From NCBI GenBank assembly GCA_043228905.1, contig JBHGNT010000012.1, forward strand, positions 5,208,001 through 5,272,000: 64,000 nucleotides of DNA. Reading direction: 5' to 3'. Made by a program: the position numbers and the translations under genes. The notes beneath the pieces are model-generated. The model worked only from the letters and a program-made list of their open reading frames with translations. It was not told where the DNA came from and ran no database searches. The stretch is from Azolla caroliniana (taxonomy: Eukaryota > Plantae > Polypodiophyta). Below, piece by piece: positions 63,049 through 64,000 of the stretch; the stretch's first letter is position 1, and each line of letters opens with the position of its first letter.

Positions 63049-63737
63049 TTATAAAAGGTGCCCATTTCATGGCTCGTGGAATCACCTTCCGGAACACGGC
63101 GGGCCCGAGCGGCTACCAGGCGGTGGCGCTCAAGGCAATGGCCGATTTCGGCATCTTCGTCACTTGTAGCTTCGAAGGCTACCAAGACACGCTCTACTCA
63201 TCGGCTCTCCGCCAGTTCTACACCGGGTGCACCATCTATGGCACCATTGATTTCATCTTCGGCGATGCGGCCGCAGTCTTCCAGAACTGCCAGATCATCG
63301 TACGGCAACCGCTACCCAATCAATTCAACACATTGACAGCACATGGCCGTCTGGAGTTGAAGGAGCCCACGGGCTACAGCTTCCAGAAGTGTGAGGTCAA
63401 GGGGGACACGGATCTCCAGTCCAGCATTGTCAGCTACCTCGGCCGCCCGTGGAGACCCTATGCTTGTACAGTCTTCATGCAATCTATCATTGGTGGGCTC
63501 ATCAATTCTGCGGGATGGACCCCATGGGATGTGAGCGCCGATCCCTCCCCCGCCCTCGTAAAATACGGGGAGTATCAGAATTCTGGAGCTGGCGCCGACA
63601 CCTCCCTTCGTGTCAAGTGGCCAGGCGTCCACTCGGCTCTTACGGAACAAGAGGCCGAAGAGTTTACCGTGGACACATTCATCTCCGGCTCCTCTTGGCT
63701 CCCTAATGCTAATGTTCAGTATCAAGACTCCCTATGA
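63049..63737 (+). CDS. PME: Pectin methylesterase exon 2 (catalytic domain)
   Basis: NTAGPSGYQAVAL, GYQDTLY, GTIDFIFG, YLGRPW, YGEYQNSGAGA; both catalytic Asp, Arg and Trp present; acceptor cag at 63048. Confidence 0.96.
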
Positions 63738-64000
63738 ATCCTGCAAATGTATATAAATAATAAGACAGCAAGTCCAACTATTCCATTCCATGTATAAGCC
63801 ACTCTAATTCCTCACTCTTTATAGTTCCATGTAGTTTGTTCCTAGAGTGAGCCTCTTAAATGCCTACATGTGCTTTTTTACCACTAGTGCACATTGTCAA
63901 ACCTATGGTATGTTGAATGTTATCTTCTCTATTGATGGCGGGTGGCCAAGATGCAATTCTCATTATCAAGTAGTAGTGGATGTCATCTGGTTAGGGGCTT

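Overview
Eukaryotic plant nuclear DNA, probably a seed-free land plant such as a fern (inferred from the TE lineages and gene structure). Bases 1 to ~46.6 kb are a deeply nested pile of decayed LTR retrotransposons: at least eight Ty1/copia copies, three Ty3/gypsy lineages, solo LTRs, an RTEX-like LINE and a hAT-type MITE. The pile appears to interrupt a Mutator-like (MULE/SWIM) transposase at 46.6-49.2 kb. Two intact host genes follow on the + strand. One is a 4-exon plastid heme oxygenase (HO1/HY1 type, 290 aa) with a 6.4-kb TE-laden first intron. The other is a 2-exon type-I pectin methylesterase with TM anchor and PMEI pro-domain (636 aa). The most unusual signals are tRNA-like Pol III modules inside LTRs of two unrelated gypsy families, a TGTCGTG...CGACA LTR family with 4-bp ACG(T) target sites and a fungal-like integrase tail, a ~900-codon accessory ORF downstream of a gypsy integrase, three independent lesions at RT YxDD motifs, a duplicated PPT in one copia family, and a 4x214-bp tandem amplification of a LINE zinc-finger segment. 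All boundaries were read by eye and no database searches were run.
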